DNA of 64,000 nt, from positions 1,888,001 through 1,952,000 of the forward strand of contig CAXXLX010000001.1 of the NCBI GenBank assembly GCA_963665235.2, written 5' to 3'. Every line of letters starts with the position of its first letter. Position 1 is the first letter of the stretch. The notes beneath the pieces were generated by a model. It saw only the letters and a list, made by a program, of their open reading frames with translations, ran no database searches and had not been told where the DNA came from. Shown here in pieces: positions 19,598 to 29,432 of the stretch. The stretch comes from Candidatus Poribacteria bacterium (lineage in GTDB: Bacteria; Poribacteria; WGA-4E; WGA-3G). The translations under genes were made by a program, and so were the position numbers.

Positions 19598-20005
19598 CTA
19601 AAAAAAATAGACAATTGCACAGACAAAAAAGACTTCGATGAGATAAAAAATGACAAGTGTTTGGGAAAAAATAGCGGAGCCCCGGTTACACTTCGGTTTA
19701 TCTTTGTGTTTACCAACATTCATCTTGAAGTCGGTGTCAGTTTGTTGGCGGATTTCGTTGTAGACCTGTCGGAACAGTCGTTCCTGCCAGAGAAAGTACC
19801 CATCCAGAATCCAAAACCCCAGGATGGGGATCAAAAGCACCAGAGCAATATATGGATTTTGCAGCTCCTGTTTGGCGATTAAGACCATTGCTGCAACAAG
19901 AACCGTCATGCTCCAACTTTTTAAGAGAAAACTGTTGCGCCCTAAACGGTTAATAACAGCTTGCGTCATTTCCAAGTGTTTTACAACTTTTTCGGTGCCA
20001 TTCAT
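19598..20005 (-). CDS. Small TIR-associated membrane protein (about 3 TM), paralog 1
   Basis: HLEMTQAVINRLGRNSFLLKSW, hydrophobic helices, LDGYFLWQERLFR; lies between two TIR genes. Confidence 0.85.
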   Translation of the reverse strand: MNGTEKVVKHLEMTQAVINRLGRNSFLLKSWSMTVLVAAMVLIAKQELQNPYIALVLLIPILGFWILDGYFLWQERLFRQVYNEIRQQTDTDFKMNVGKHKDKPKCNRGSAIFSQTLVIFYLIEVFFVCAIVYFF

Positions 20006-20061
20006 GAATCCATTCTCCTTATGTTTGTGGCCGCTTAATAGTCGCCATTTAAACGACCTAT

Positions 20062-20637
20062 TTACCGCAATCCATGTTCTTTTTGTAGTTCGTACGCTTT
20101 TCCTAAAAGCCAACTACCGGAGCGCCCTCTCTTAATCCTATCGAAAATTTCCGAGATAGTCTCAGCCCAATTTTTTACATCATCAAGACTTCCGAGTGGT
20201 GTTCCTAAAGAGATGAACTCAGGATGGTTACCTGATGTGACTAAATGTGCGATAAGAGGATTAGGAGCTAGATCTGGAAAAGGGCCAGGCGAATTTTGGA
20301 ATGGCTTAACGAATCTCTGGCGTCCTCGGGCTCCGCCAATCTCATATGGGGGCCACGGCGATGTGAAAGTTTGTGGACTAATTACACCTAAAAGTGCCGA
20401 TGCCACATCTAACCCTTCTTCAACGCAACGTGCAATTTCATGATGGGGACTATCCTCTGGCAAGCGCGCATCTTTTTTGTCAAACCAGATGTCAAGTTCG
20501 TATGTGTTCTGGACTATATCTGCACATTCTTCAGCCCATTCCGCGTCTGGTGATTTATTCCTATAAGAGATAAACACGATCTTTGTTGTTGAAGATATTG
20601 TAGATCTCCTAAATTCACAGTAGTTTATTCCCGGCAT
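20062..20637 (-). CDS. TIR domain protein (TIR_2-like)
   Basis: VFISYRNK, DIWFD, EEGLDVASALLGVIS, SPWPPYEIG (catalytic Glu). Confidence 0.8.
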   Translation of the reverse strand: MPGINYCEFRRSTISSTTKIVFISYRNKSPDAEWAEECADIVQNTYELDIWFDKKDARLPEDSPHHEIARCVEEGLDVASALLGVISPQTFTSPWPPYEIGGARGRQRFVKPFQNSPGPFPDLAPNPLIAHLVTSGNHPEFISLGTPLGSLDDVKNWAETISEIFDRIKRGRSGSWLLGKAYELQKEHGLR

Positions 20638-21062
20638 TTTAACTTGCCTCCATTTAGAACATTTTGATTGATAACAGCACTGCGGGAATGTAGAGACACC
20701 TCCCTGAACATTTCCGCCCTGCTGCCAATTGATTTTAAATTTACCATATCTAATAAAAAAAAAGCAAGAAAAAACTAAACTTATTTTTTACCTGATTTAC
20801 CAGAAGGCACGTTCTTCAGGATAACCAATTTCTGTCCAATAGAGCGAAACTCTGATGGCCCAACGGATATGTGAGAGTGTCCAGTCCATCAAAAACGACA
20901 ATCGGTTCTAAATCGATAAATTTCACAGATCTGCTTGTCCTAAAAACCCGAGTACTCCATATAATCCGCGACTCAGACACTCCCCTCCACAATCGCAATC
21001 TCATCTTCTGTTAAATTATACAATTGATATACCCGTTTGTCAATCTCTTCTTCCTGCATAGC

Positions 21063-22385
21063 CAGGGCCATTTAGTTTTAGGAATTTTTTTCCTATCTGT
21101 TATTATTTTGATTTGGACAGATGCAGCGTGACTTTTTTCGCTGCATCTGCTATACTTCACTGTAAATAAAATAATCCTTTTTTTTAGGAAGGTTGAAGTA
21201 TGTTACTCAGTATATTATCACAAATTGTAGATCCACGCAAGGCAAAAGGCAAACGGCATCCTTTGGTTTCCATCCTTGCTCTTATTATTATCGGTTTTCT
21301 GTGCGGTCATACAGGTTATACGTCTATAGCGACCTGGGCCCGCAATGAACCTGAACTGGCTGAAGCGTTAGGTTTCCGTTGTGGGAAGACCCCGTGTCCT
21401 GCCACGATTCATAATCTGTTTAAGCATCTTGATATAGAAAGTTTAGAAACCGCCCTAACCGAATGGGTGTCTTTACAACTTGCGGCTCTTGAAGGGACAG
21501 ACCCCTCGGGTTTGAAAGGCATTGCTATAGATGGTAAAGAACTCTGCGGTTCCATAGACATAGACACCGGCCGCCGAACCCATTTACTCTCCGCTGTCTG
21601 TCATGAGTTAGGGGTTACCCTTGCACAATGTGCCGTCAGTCACAAGACCAATGAGATACCTATTTCCCGGCAACTGCTGGAAAAGTTTGATGTCAAAGGA
21701 AAAGTGGTGACAACGGATGCTCTATTGACCCAACGTGCTTTTTGTAAAGAACTTATCAAACAGAAAGCCTATTATGTGCTGCGTGTCAAAAAGAATCAGA
21801 AACAGATGTATATCGATATTGTGTGGGTCTTTGCCCCCCTTGTAGAGACGGACCCCCCCGAGGTGCAAGCACGCAGACTTCAAAACGCACACACGCAAGC
21901 AGGGGCACACCTACAAACGCACACCGATGTTGAAGAAACACGCGGATTTATCATCACACGCATCCTAACAGCTAGCACAAGCGTGTCAGATTATATTGAC
22001 TGGCCGGGTCTTGCACAAGTCTATCAATACAAAGTGCAGCGCGTCAATACCAAAACAGGTGAATGTGAAACTTCTATCCAGTATGGTATCACTAACTTGT
22101 CGCCCGAAGAGGCAACAGCGGAAGACTTGCTAAAACTACACCGAGAACATTGGACGATAGAAAACAAATCCCACTGGGTTCGAGACGTGGTTTTAGGAGA
22201 GGATGCCTCAAAAGCAAGAACAGGCAGCATCCCCCAAGTCATGGCAGCTTTACGCAACACCGCACTGGCAGTCTTACGATTTGCCGGTTATACGAAAATC
22301 ACCGAGACAATACGATCTTTCGCCTCAAAACCTAAACTCGCAGTTAACCTCATCACATGAAAATTCTTAAAACTAAATGGCCCTG
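21063..22385 (+). mobile_element. ISAs1-family insertion sequence with 10-bp target-site duplication
   Basis: TIRs CAGGGCCATTTAGTTTTA / TAAAACTAAATGGCCCTG; TSD CCTGCATAGC at 21053-21062 and 22386-22395. Confidence 0.95.
21200..22360 (+). CDS. ISAs1 (H-repeat) DDE transposase
   Basis: DPR...RHPL, IAIDGK, TNEIP, VTTDALLTQ, VKKNQ, HWTIENKSHWVRDV. Confidence 0.95.
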   Translation: MLLSILSQIVDPRKAKGKRHPLVSILALIIIGFLCGHTGYTSIATWARNEPELAEALGFRCGKTPCPATIHNLFKHLDIESLETALTEWVSLQLAALEGTDPSGLKGIAIDGKELCGSIDIDTGRRTHLLSAVCHELGVTLAQCAVSHKTNEIPISRQLLEKFDVKGKVVTTDALLTQRAFCKELIKQKAYYVLRVKKNQKQMYIDIVWVFAPLVETDPPEVQARRLQNAHTQAGAHLQTHTDVEETRGFIITRILTASTSVSDYIDWPGLAQVYQYKVQRVNTKTGECETSIQYGITNLSPEEATAEDLLKLHREHWTIENKSHWVRDVVLGEDASKARTGSIPQVMAALRNTALAVLRFAGYTKITETIRSFASKPKLAVNLIT

Positions 22386-23653
22386 CCTGCATAGCGGTGT
22401 CCGCATTTGGATTCCCCGCTTTCGCTTCAAGAATTTCATCTACTAAATCAATAATAGGGGTTTGTTCCTTTTTTGCCGGCATAGCTATGGGTAATTCGCG
22501 AACAACCTTAACCTTCACTTGTGCTTGGCTCTTGCCCTGTTCTTGTGATATCGAATGATAGATATAGTTCATCAAACGACTATTAAATAACGCCAGAAAA
22601 TACTTTAGGTCCGTTTTTTGAGATTTGGGGAGAATCGTATGCAGCGTGTTATCTGTGTAAAAACGTCCCAATTCGGCTTCGCTATGATAGGCCACTATTA
22701 AATCATCGTCAGTTTGACGCATAAGCAAACGTTCGGGTTGATGATGGTTCCTAATATCACCGCGAAATTTCCAGTATTCGTTTCGTTTACTCGGTTTTCC
22801 CCCTCGACCAATTCCGGGAATTGGTAGCGGCTCGTAGTTGACATCACAGAACATGTATTTGGCTTTTGAGGAAGTCCACTGCACCGAGTATTTTTGAATT
22901 TGCCTTCCTTGTAAGAGGCGATGTCTGCACCCGTTGTCTTCCGAAAAGAAAATTTTAGATCTGACATTTCCTGAATCAATTCCAGTGTCCAAGACCTCAC
23001 AGTATTTTCCCACCTTATCAAGTGCCAAAAGTCTTAACACCCAATCGTTTTTTGCACTTAACAGGAATTTAGAGTCTGGTATTTTGTTGATCGCTGCGTA
23101 TTCTACTGCACCGTTTGAGTGGTATTGAAAATCGGGAAAGTTCATTTCTCCGCTCATGTAGGAATGCTGATCTTCTACCTCCGATTTCAACAAAATAAAA
23201 ATAGCCGTATAGATAGTGGCTTCAAATGTGTTCGCTGGTGCCTTGACTAAATGAAGTAACCTATTTTCCAAAAACAGGTTACGAATCCTACGTTTTGTGG
23301 GCAGCGCGACGTAACTGTCATTAGCAATATATGCAAAAATCCTATTCTCGGCAGTAAGCTTAAACCCAGCAAAGATAAAGTAGTCGTATAAATCACCTGC
23401 CCAGCCGTAACTCTCTCTGAGCTGGTTACGCATTGTGAGAGATAGGTGTTCACCTTTTGCATAAGGCGGATTGCCAATCACTACATCAAATCCATTTGCA
23501 ATGCCAAACATCCGTTCCGAGTCAAACCAATCAGCAGTATCGTTTTGGTCATAAATATCCCATTTGGCGATCTTTTCGGCATCATCTGCTGGCATACCGA
23601 CATATTTTAGCTCGGTTGCCAATTTTGTTCGCAATCTTTTATCCTTAGTCTTA

Positions 23654-23802
23654 TACCATTTTTATTAATTATTCTATCATTACCGGTTGTTAGAAATGAA
23701 ACGGAGAACGGAAGACCCAAACTAAAAGTTTATGCTACAATAAAGAGCACAAACTGGAAGTTTATGCTACAATAAAGAGACATTTTCAATTAGAAATGGT
23801 AT
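23654..23802. mobile_element. About 150-bp MITE flanked by TA (IS630/Tc1-mariner-like), copy 1
   Basis: Termini TACCATTT...AAATGGTAT, TA duplication, internal tandem AAACT..AAGTTTATGCTACAATAAAGAG; inverted near-identical copy at 63034-63182. Confidence 0.88.
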
Positions 23803-25965
23803 TACATGCACGTTTGCGTTTGCGGGTAGTGGCGTGGAAGTGCTGTTCACGGTTGTTAAGCAGTTCACGTTCCAAACGTTGTGCCTTTTCGCTTGTTAGT
23901 GTCGGGTTCAGATCTATCAGCGTGTTGGCAGCGATAAACCGCGTCTCTAAATTCGGCAACGGTTTAATACCAAAATTCTCTGCGTTCTGCATCGGTTCCT
24001 GCTCAATTGCAAGCGAGATAAAAAAGCGGAGTTTAGCGATTTGACACGCAATCGGTTGGATATCCACCCCGAAGATAGTGTTTTGGATTAGGTATAACTT
24101 CCGTCCGAAGTCTGAATCTCGGTAACGCTCAAAGGTAGCACTGATTTCGGTAAGTTCGACATCGCGTTCCTGTTGGTCGGACGTATCAAAAGCCTCGGAT
24201 GCGCGTTGTGTCGCAAGTTCCTTCTGCAATTTTTCCCATCGGGTGTTATCTGGGTCAAGCCGCCGGAGTGCCAGTGTCAGTTTGTGGAGCATTCCCATTG
24301 GGAACGCACCGGAACCGACCGCCGGATCGAGGACTTTAAGTTCGGAAATTGCTCGGACGATTGCGTCTGTCTCGACATCGTCAAACCATTCGCTTGCATC
24401 GTCAAACTGCTGTGCATAGTCGAGGAGATAGTGTAACCGCTCCTTCCAGAGTTCTGCGTCGCCGTCGGTTGGGGCACACTTTTGGGAGAGCGTCGCGACC
24501 AATGCTGTCCTCTACCATATAGTCGACGATAGCACGTGGGGTGTAGTAGGAGCCTGTCTGTTTTCGTGCCGTTGCCCCGGTTTCTGGATTGTAGGCGGCG
24601 AGTAGGTTTTCAAACACCTTGCCGAGCAGCTCGGGGTCCAGTGCCACCTCCTGCTCTATCGGTGTGTTCTCCTCAACGGTGAATTTGTAATGCTCAAGTA
24701 GGGGGAGGAGTCCTCGGTTTTTGTCAAAAAAGAGGCGGTTGGGGATAGATAGTTTGTGGTACTGATTATCAGAGAAACAGTCTATTCTGTAGCTCTTTTC
24801 ACCTGTTGCTTTGAAGGTATCCAGACAATCGAACAGTCCGCCGTTGATGAAGGGGGTTTGTGCAAAGAGGGATAGCAGTTTATCCGGGTCGCGCATCTGT
24901 GCTTTATATCGGTAGCAGGAGAAATCGCGGTTCGTATCGTAGGTTTCTTTGCTAAACCTACGTTTGTCTATTTCGGTGTTGAGTGTAGCGAAAAAGAGGT
25001 TTTGTAGCACGGCGCGATAGTAGGAGTCGCCGGTATCAAAATTATCCTCTTTGAGTAGGTCTTGGATTTGTGTTTTGTTGAACAACTCCTCAGCCACCAA
25101 CCCTGTTGCTTGATAAACCAGATAAAGAGCAGTCGTGTGATGAGGCGGATGACATGCTCCTCCGGTTTCTATGACACGGTTTTCATCTGTCGGGAACGTC
25201 GATTCTTTAACTGCCCATTCAAACCATGCGAACAGTTTTCGATAGAACTGTTTGTTGAGTTCTTCGGTGTCCAGTTTGGCGAGCCAGGCAGCGAGTAATC
25301 CGTCGAAGTTTTTCGGTTTTTTGTTGCTAACCATCCACTCTGCACACGTTTGTAGAGAAAGTTCGGAGAGGATATCGCGATGTGCGCGATGTGGGTTGTT
25401 GAGGCGGATGTCTTTGATGAGGGTGACCTGTCCGAGCACATCGCGGTCGCCATCAATTTTGTCTGGACGACGGTCGGCAAAGGCAACCGTCAAACGAGCC
25501 CCCGCGCGAAACAGGATCACAGTGGGTGTGAACATACGTTTGTTAATTTCTCGTGTGAACGTAGCGTATTTAGTCCGGGAGTAGGTGTTATCTTTCAATT
25601 CCACTGCACAGAAAAGGAAACTTTCTATGTTTCCCTTATCAAACGACCCTGCCTCAAGAAGCGTCAACTGCTGCTCCCTGGCGACTTCGTCGCTTGTGAA
25701 TTGGAACACTATTTGGACAGATTCGACGTTGTTGCGGAATTCCTGTTCGGTCTTAGTGTTGACGTTCTCTGCTGGAAAATCTTCAATAAATTCATCTACT
25801 GAGTCGATGCGTTCATGTGTGCGTTCACTGCGGTACCCCAAGGTTGCCAGGAGGTTTTTTGATTTTTCAAGAAAATCGCCGGTGGACATTGCTGATAGTG
25901 AGGCGTTAATTGCATTTCTGCTCGTCATGTGCGTAATCTCTGCTATTCTGTTGAGAAAATCAAGG

Positions 25966-28900
25966 TTATGGCGTTGTGATAATTAGCCATGTCACCAATT
26001 CAAAATCGCTGGAATCTGTAGGAGCCTCGGATGCGACAGGCAATCTGAAACCGCGCGGGCCGCCCCGCCCCAAATTTTGCCTTTGCGTCTTTTTATGTGA
26101 ACGTGTGATATGTGCAATAACAGTGTCCAGCAGCTTGTCGTAATCTTTCATATTGTTGCCGTGCTGGGTTTCTTGGTCGAATTGAAGGCATAACCTTTCT
26201 AATACCTCACGTTTTCCGACAGCGGAAGTTTCAAACAGCTCTAACACCTGTTTGGCGTTTGCACAGCCGTAGCGGATATCCCCGTTTTTGCGGATGTAGA
26301 CTGTATAATACGGATAGATGGGGCTCGGTGTTTTTTTCTCTTTGTCTGTTGTAGTGTTAAGTTGGCGTAGGAAGAAGATAACCCCGTTTTCCGTAGGATT
26401 GTTTCCGTTATCGGTAACCGCGTACGCCCCATCCGGCGTGTTTTCCAATTCTGCCCTATTTTTTTCCAGATATTTTAGCAGCTGTGCGAAGAAGTAATCC
26501 AGTGTGAAATCGCTTAGGACAACGCCATCAGAGAGTTCATCTAAATCCAACACCTCTTCCCGGAGCTGCTGCAGCTGTTTATCACGGAAATTGAGTTCCA
26601 TCTGTGCCTGTTGGTATGTAAATTCATTTAGCGGGTCATCATCGCCGCTTGCAGCGGTATCCGCGAGTGCCATACGAGCGGCGACGCGGCACTGTAATCG
26701 GAGATACACCTCCATGTCTTCGGTAGGCCAATAGTTAATCATTTTGACCGCTGTATTGCGGCTGCCGATTCGGTCAATCCGTCCAAACCGTTGAATGATA
26801 CGGACAGGATTCCAGTGAATATCGTAGTTCAGCACCGTATCACAATCCTGAAGGTTTTGCCCTTCGGAGATGCAGTCTGTAGCGATGAGAAGGTCTATGT
26901 TTTCAGTTGTGCTGTCGCTGCGGACTCTTGCGCGTGGAGCAAAGTTAGTTAGGATAGCGTTAAAGTTGTTTTGTCCACAAGTGGTTCGCGTCAGGTCCCC
27001 GGAGACCATCGCCATCTTCAGTCCTAATTCAGTAGCGAGGGGTGTCAATTGGTCATAAAGATAGAGTGCGGTATCTTTGAAGGTAGTGAAGATTAGCAGT
27101 TTGCGATTAGTTTTTCCATCCATATCGGTTGTTGGATTTTGTGCCTTGTTTCGGATGTGCACTTTAATTGCTTTAAGTTTTCCGTCCCTTTCAGGGCTAA
27201 TGGCTTTGACGTTGTCCCATGCGGCGGTTAAGGTTTTTTTATCCTTGATGAGGTCTTGCTTCCAACGGTTGCAATCTAATTCGCTGAGGTGGTACGGATT
27301 TTTGGCACGGTTGACTAAAAATTCCTCATCTTCCTCATCCTCATCGGGGAGGACATCGGCTTGTGCATCAGGTATATTGCGGTTTTGCTGGAACCGTTCG
27401 ATTTTTTCCAGCATTGTACCAATTTTATTGATGGTGCGTTCAAGCGTTTGGGAGAGGGAGTGTGCGGCACTCTCCAAACGTTTGAGGAAGTTGGTTTGCA
27501 TCATACCGATGAGGAATTTCTCACGGTCTTCCTGATTGAAGCGGAGTCTCTCTTTTTCATCTGCAAGTCGTTGTTTTGCGGCTGCGCTAACGACATAACT
27601 TGAGGGTCTATAAATAGACAGCGCAAATTCCCCTATCTGGTCCGTCAAAGCTTTGTAGGAGAGTGCGCCGGTGAGGTCGGTAGGCGGGTAGCAATTTTCT
27701 GGGTCGAGTTGTTGCGGAAATTCGCCTATTTTATCCATCTCTTCAGCATAGAATCGCTGGATATGTTTTCGGGAGCGAGCGATAGAAATTCCGCCGAGTA
27801 ATTGAAAAAAGTCCGCGCCCAATGTTTCAAAGAGTTGTGCCTTGTCTCTTATGTTGTTCTCGGTTGCTTTGTCTTCCCATGTCTTAAATGCTTTTTGTGC
27901 CTGCCGAATTAAATTGCCGATATTGCTTATGCCTAGGCTCTCTCTAAAGACATCCTCGCGTTTTTCAGTCATGAGATGGATTTGATTACGTAGGTCGGTA
28001 AGAGAGGTATTCACCGGGGTTGCGGAGAGCATCAACACTTTGGTTTTTGTTCCTGCCTTGATGACCTCCTCCAATAGGCGGGAATAGCGACTGTGTTTAA
28101 CGATGTTGTCATCGGCATCGCGAGTAGGTTTGGTATCGTTTCGGAAGTTATGCGATTCGTCGATGACGACTAGGTCAAAGTTGCGCCAGTTGAAATTTGC
28201 CAAATTGACTCCCCCAGCATCGCCGCTATAGCGGGAGAGGTCGGTATGTGATAACAACGTGTACCCGAATTTGTCCTCAAGGAACGGATTGGATTCTTGT
28301 GCATTGTGTGCGGGGTAGAGAGCCCAATTTTCATTTAGTTTTTTAGGGCAGAGGACGAGTACACGTTCGTTTCGCAATTCAAAGAATTTGATAACTGCAA
28401 GTGCCGTGTAGGTTTTTCCCAGGCCGACGCTATCTGCCAGGATACAACCGTTGTGACGTAATAGCCGGGCGATTACACTTTTCGCTCCCTCTTTTTGGAA
28501 TTCATACAACTTTTTCCAAATTTCTGTATCGTAGAGATGTGTATCTTCGAGGGTCTGTTCGTTCGTTTTTCGGGTTTTAATTTCTTCTCGGAACAGTTCG
28601 TAAAGGGTTTTGTAATAGATAAGTTCGGGTGGATGATTCCGCCCAAGCTGCTCCAATTTTGCAAGGACTATCTCTTTGACATCTTCAACCAGGGTATCGT
28701 CATTCCAGATTTCGTCGAACCACGCCTTGAGGTCTGTGCGGTCTCGGTCGCTGTCCACCTCAAGGTTAAGTTCAATGTTGCTGGTATCTGTGCTCAGTCC
28801 GAGCCCACGCATCGTAAAATTGGAGCTGCCGAGGATAGCTTTGTCTATGCCGTTGTTAGCGATGTGATACATTTTCCCATGGAGTAGATTAGATTTACGG

Positions 28901-29253
28901 GTCGTTCGGATTTCCACCTTCTCCTTTATCCATTCGGCACAAGCTTTGGCAAGCGGTTTTTGTCGGAGCTGCTGGTTGAGTTCCAACCCTGTATCCGTTA
29001 TGGTAAACGCCTTTCTGTCACTGTTTATCGGGTCGAGATGTTTGATAAAATCGGGTTCGCCGAATAGGAAGCGGAGTTCGTCTATTTTGTCTAAAGCGTG
29101 TTGCAACTTTTCATAGGCGTAGATGGTGAAATAGGCGGATACAATGGAGAGCGTGGAACCGTTTTGAATGTGCTGTTCTAGAAAATTATGAACCGTTCCG
29201 CGGCGGAGGTTGTCTCGGATAGCGGATTTGAGGCGTGGGTTTTTATCTGCCAT
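25966..29253 (-). CDS. SNF2-family helicase with N-terminal PLD-like nuclease domain
   Basis: LHGKMY...GSSNFT (PLD); LADSVGLGKT, VIDESH, LSATP, SEGQNLQ, QRFGRIDRIGS. Confidence 0.92.
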   Translation of the reverse strand: MADKNPRLKSAIRDNLRRGTVHNFLEQHIQNGSTLSIVSAYFTIYAYEKLQHALDKIDELRFLFGEPDFIKHLDPINSDRKAFTITDTGLELNQQLRQKPLAKACAEWIKEKVEIRTTRKSNLLHGKMYHIANNGIDKAILGSSNFTMRGLGLSTDTSNIELNLEVDSDRDRTDLKAWFDEIWNDDTLVEDVKEIVLAKLEQLGRNHPPELIYYKTLYELFREEIKTRKTNEQTLEDTHLYDTEIWKKLYEFQKEGAKSVIARLLRHNGCILADSVGLGKTYTALAVIKFFELRNERVLVLCPKKLNENWALYPAHNAQESNPFLEDKFGYTLLSHTDLSRYSGDAGGVNLANFNWRNFDLVVIDESHNFRNDTKPTRDADDNIVKHSRYSRLLEEVIKAGTKTKVLMLSATPVNTSLTDLRNQIHLMTEKREDVFRESLGISNIGNLIRQAQKAFKTWEDKATENNIRDKAQLFETLGADFFQLLGGISIARSRKHIQRFYAEEMDKIGEFPQQLDPENCYPPTDLTGALSYKALTDQIGEFALSIYRPSSYVVSAAAKQRLADEKERLRFNQEDREKFLIGMMQTNFLKRLESAAHSLSQTLERTINKIGTMLEKIERFQQNRNIPDAQADVLPDEDEEDEEFLVNRAKNPYHLSELDCNRWKQDLIKDKKTLTAAWDNVKAISPERDGKLKAIKVHIRNKAQNPTTDMDGKTNRKLLIFTTFKDTALYLYDQLTPLATELGLKMAMVSGDLTRTTCGQNNFNAILTNFAPRARVRSDSTTENIDLLIATDCISEGQNLQDCDTVLNYDIHWNPVRIIQRFGRIDRIGSRNTAVKMINYWPTEDMEVYLRLQCRVAARMALADTAASGDDDPLNEFTYQQAQMELNFRDKQLQQLREEVLDLDELSDGVVLSDFTLDYFFAQLLKYLEKNRAELENTPDGAYAVTDNGNNPTENGVIFFLRQLNTTTDKEKKTPSPIYPYYTVYIRKNGDIRYGCANAKQVLELFETSAVGKREVLERLCLQFDQETQHGNNMKDYDKLLDTVIAHITRSHKKTQRQNLGRGGPRGFRLPVASEAPTDSSDFELVTWLIITTP

Positions 29254-29297
29254 GTGGGAAACCTATATACAACGGGCGATGAATCGCCTTTAGGAGT

Positions 29298-29392
29298 GGG
29301 AAACCGTTTGCCCGAATAATGTATCGCGTGCTAAGCACGCTCGGACAGAAGATAAGCACGGTATCGCGTGCTAAGCACGCTCCTACAGAAGA
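29298..29392 (+). repeat. Right-boundary 21-bp direct repeat plus two REP-like units
   Basis: GGGAAACCGTTTGCCCGAATA; GTATCGCGTGCTAAGCACGCTC..ACAGAAGA twice; related units at 39810-39867. Confidence 0.75.
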
Positions 29393-29432
29393 GGATTTCG
29401 GTCTTTTATAGCATAGGGTGTGTCCACGACTT

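Larger units (their letters stand above)
20973..25928 (-). pseudogene. Eco57I/type IIG-like N6-adenine DNA methyltransferase with TRD, interrupted by ISAs1, a MITE and frameshifts
   Basis: LDPELLGKVFENLL, GSYYTP, VLDPAVGSGAFP, VIGNPPY. Removing ISAs1 restores ...AMQEEEIDKRVYQLYNLTEDEIAIVEGSV*. Removing the MITE restores RACKTKDKRLRTKL. Extra base near 24507; compensating frameshifts near 25105-25170 hide VIRLITRLLFIWFIK. Confidence 0.85.

Noticed and set aside
15090-20980. Classical integron with attC sites
   Set aside because: No IntI tyrosine recombinase, and no clear RYYYAAC...GTTRRRY attC boundaries visible
22288-22385. Genuine overlap between the MTase C-terminus and the transposase
   Set aside because: Artefact of ISAs1 insertion; the true C-terminus resumes at 21052-20973
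25966-29253. Complete DISARM or BREX system
   Set aside because: drmA/B/C and brxC/pglZ are not present in the window
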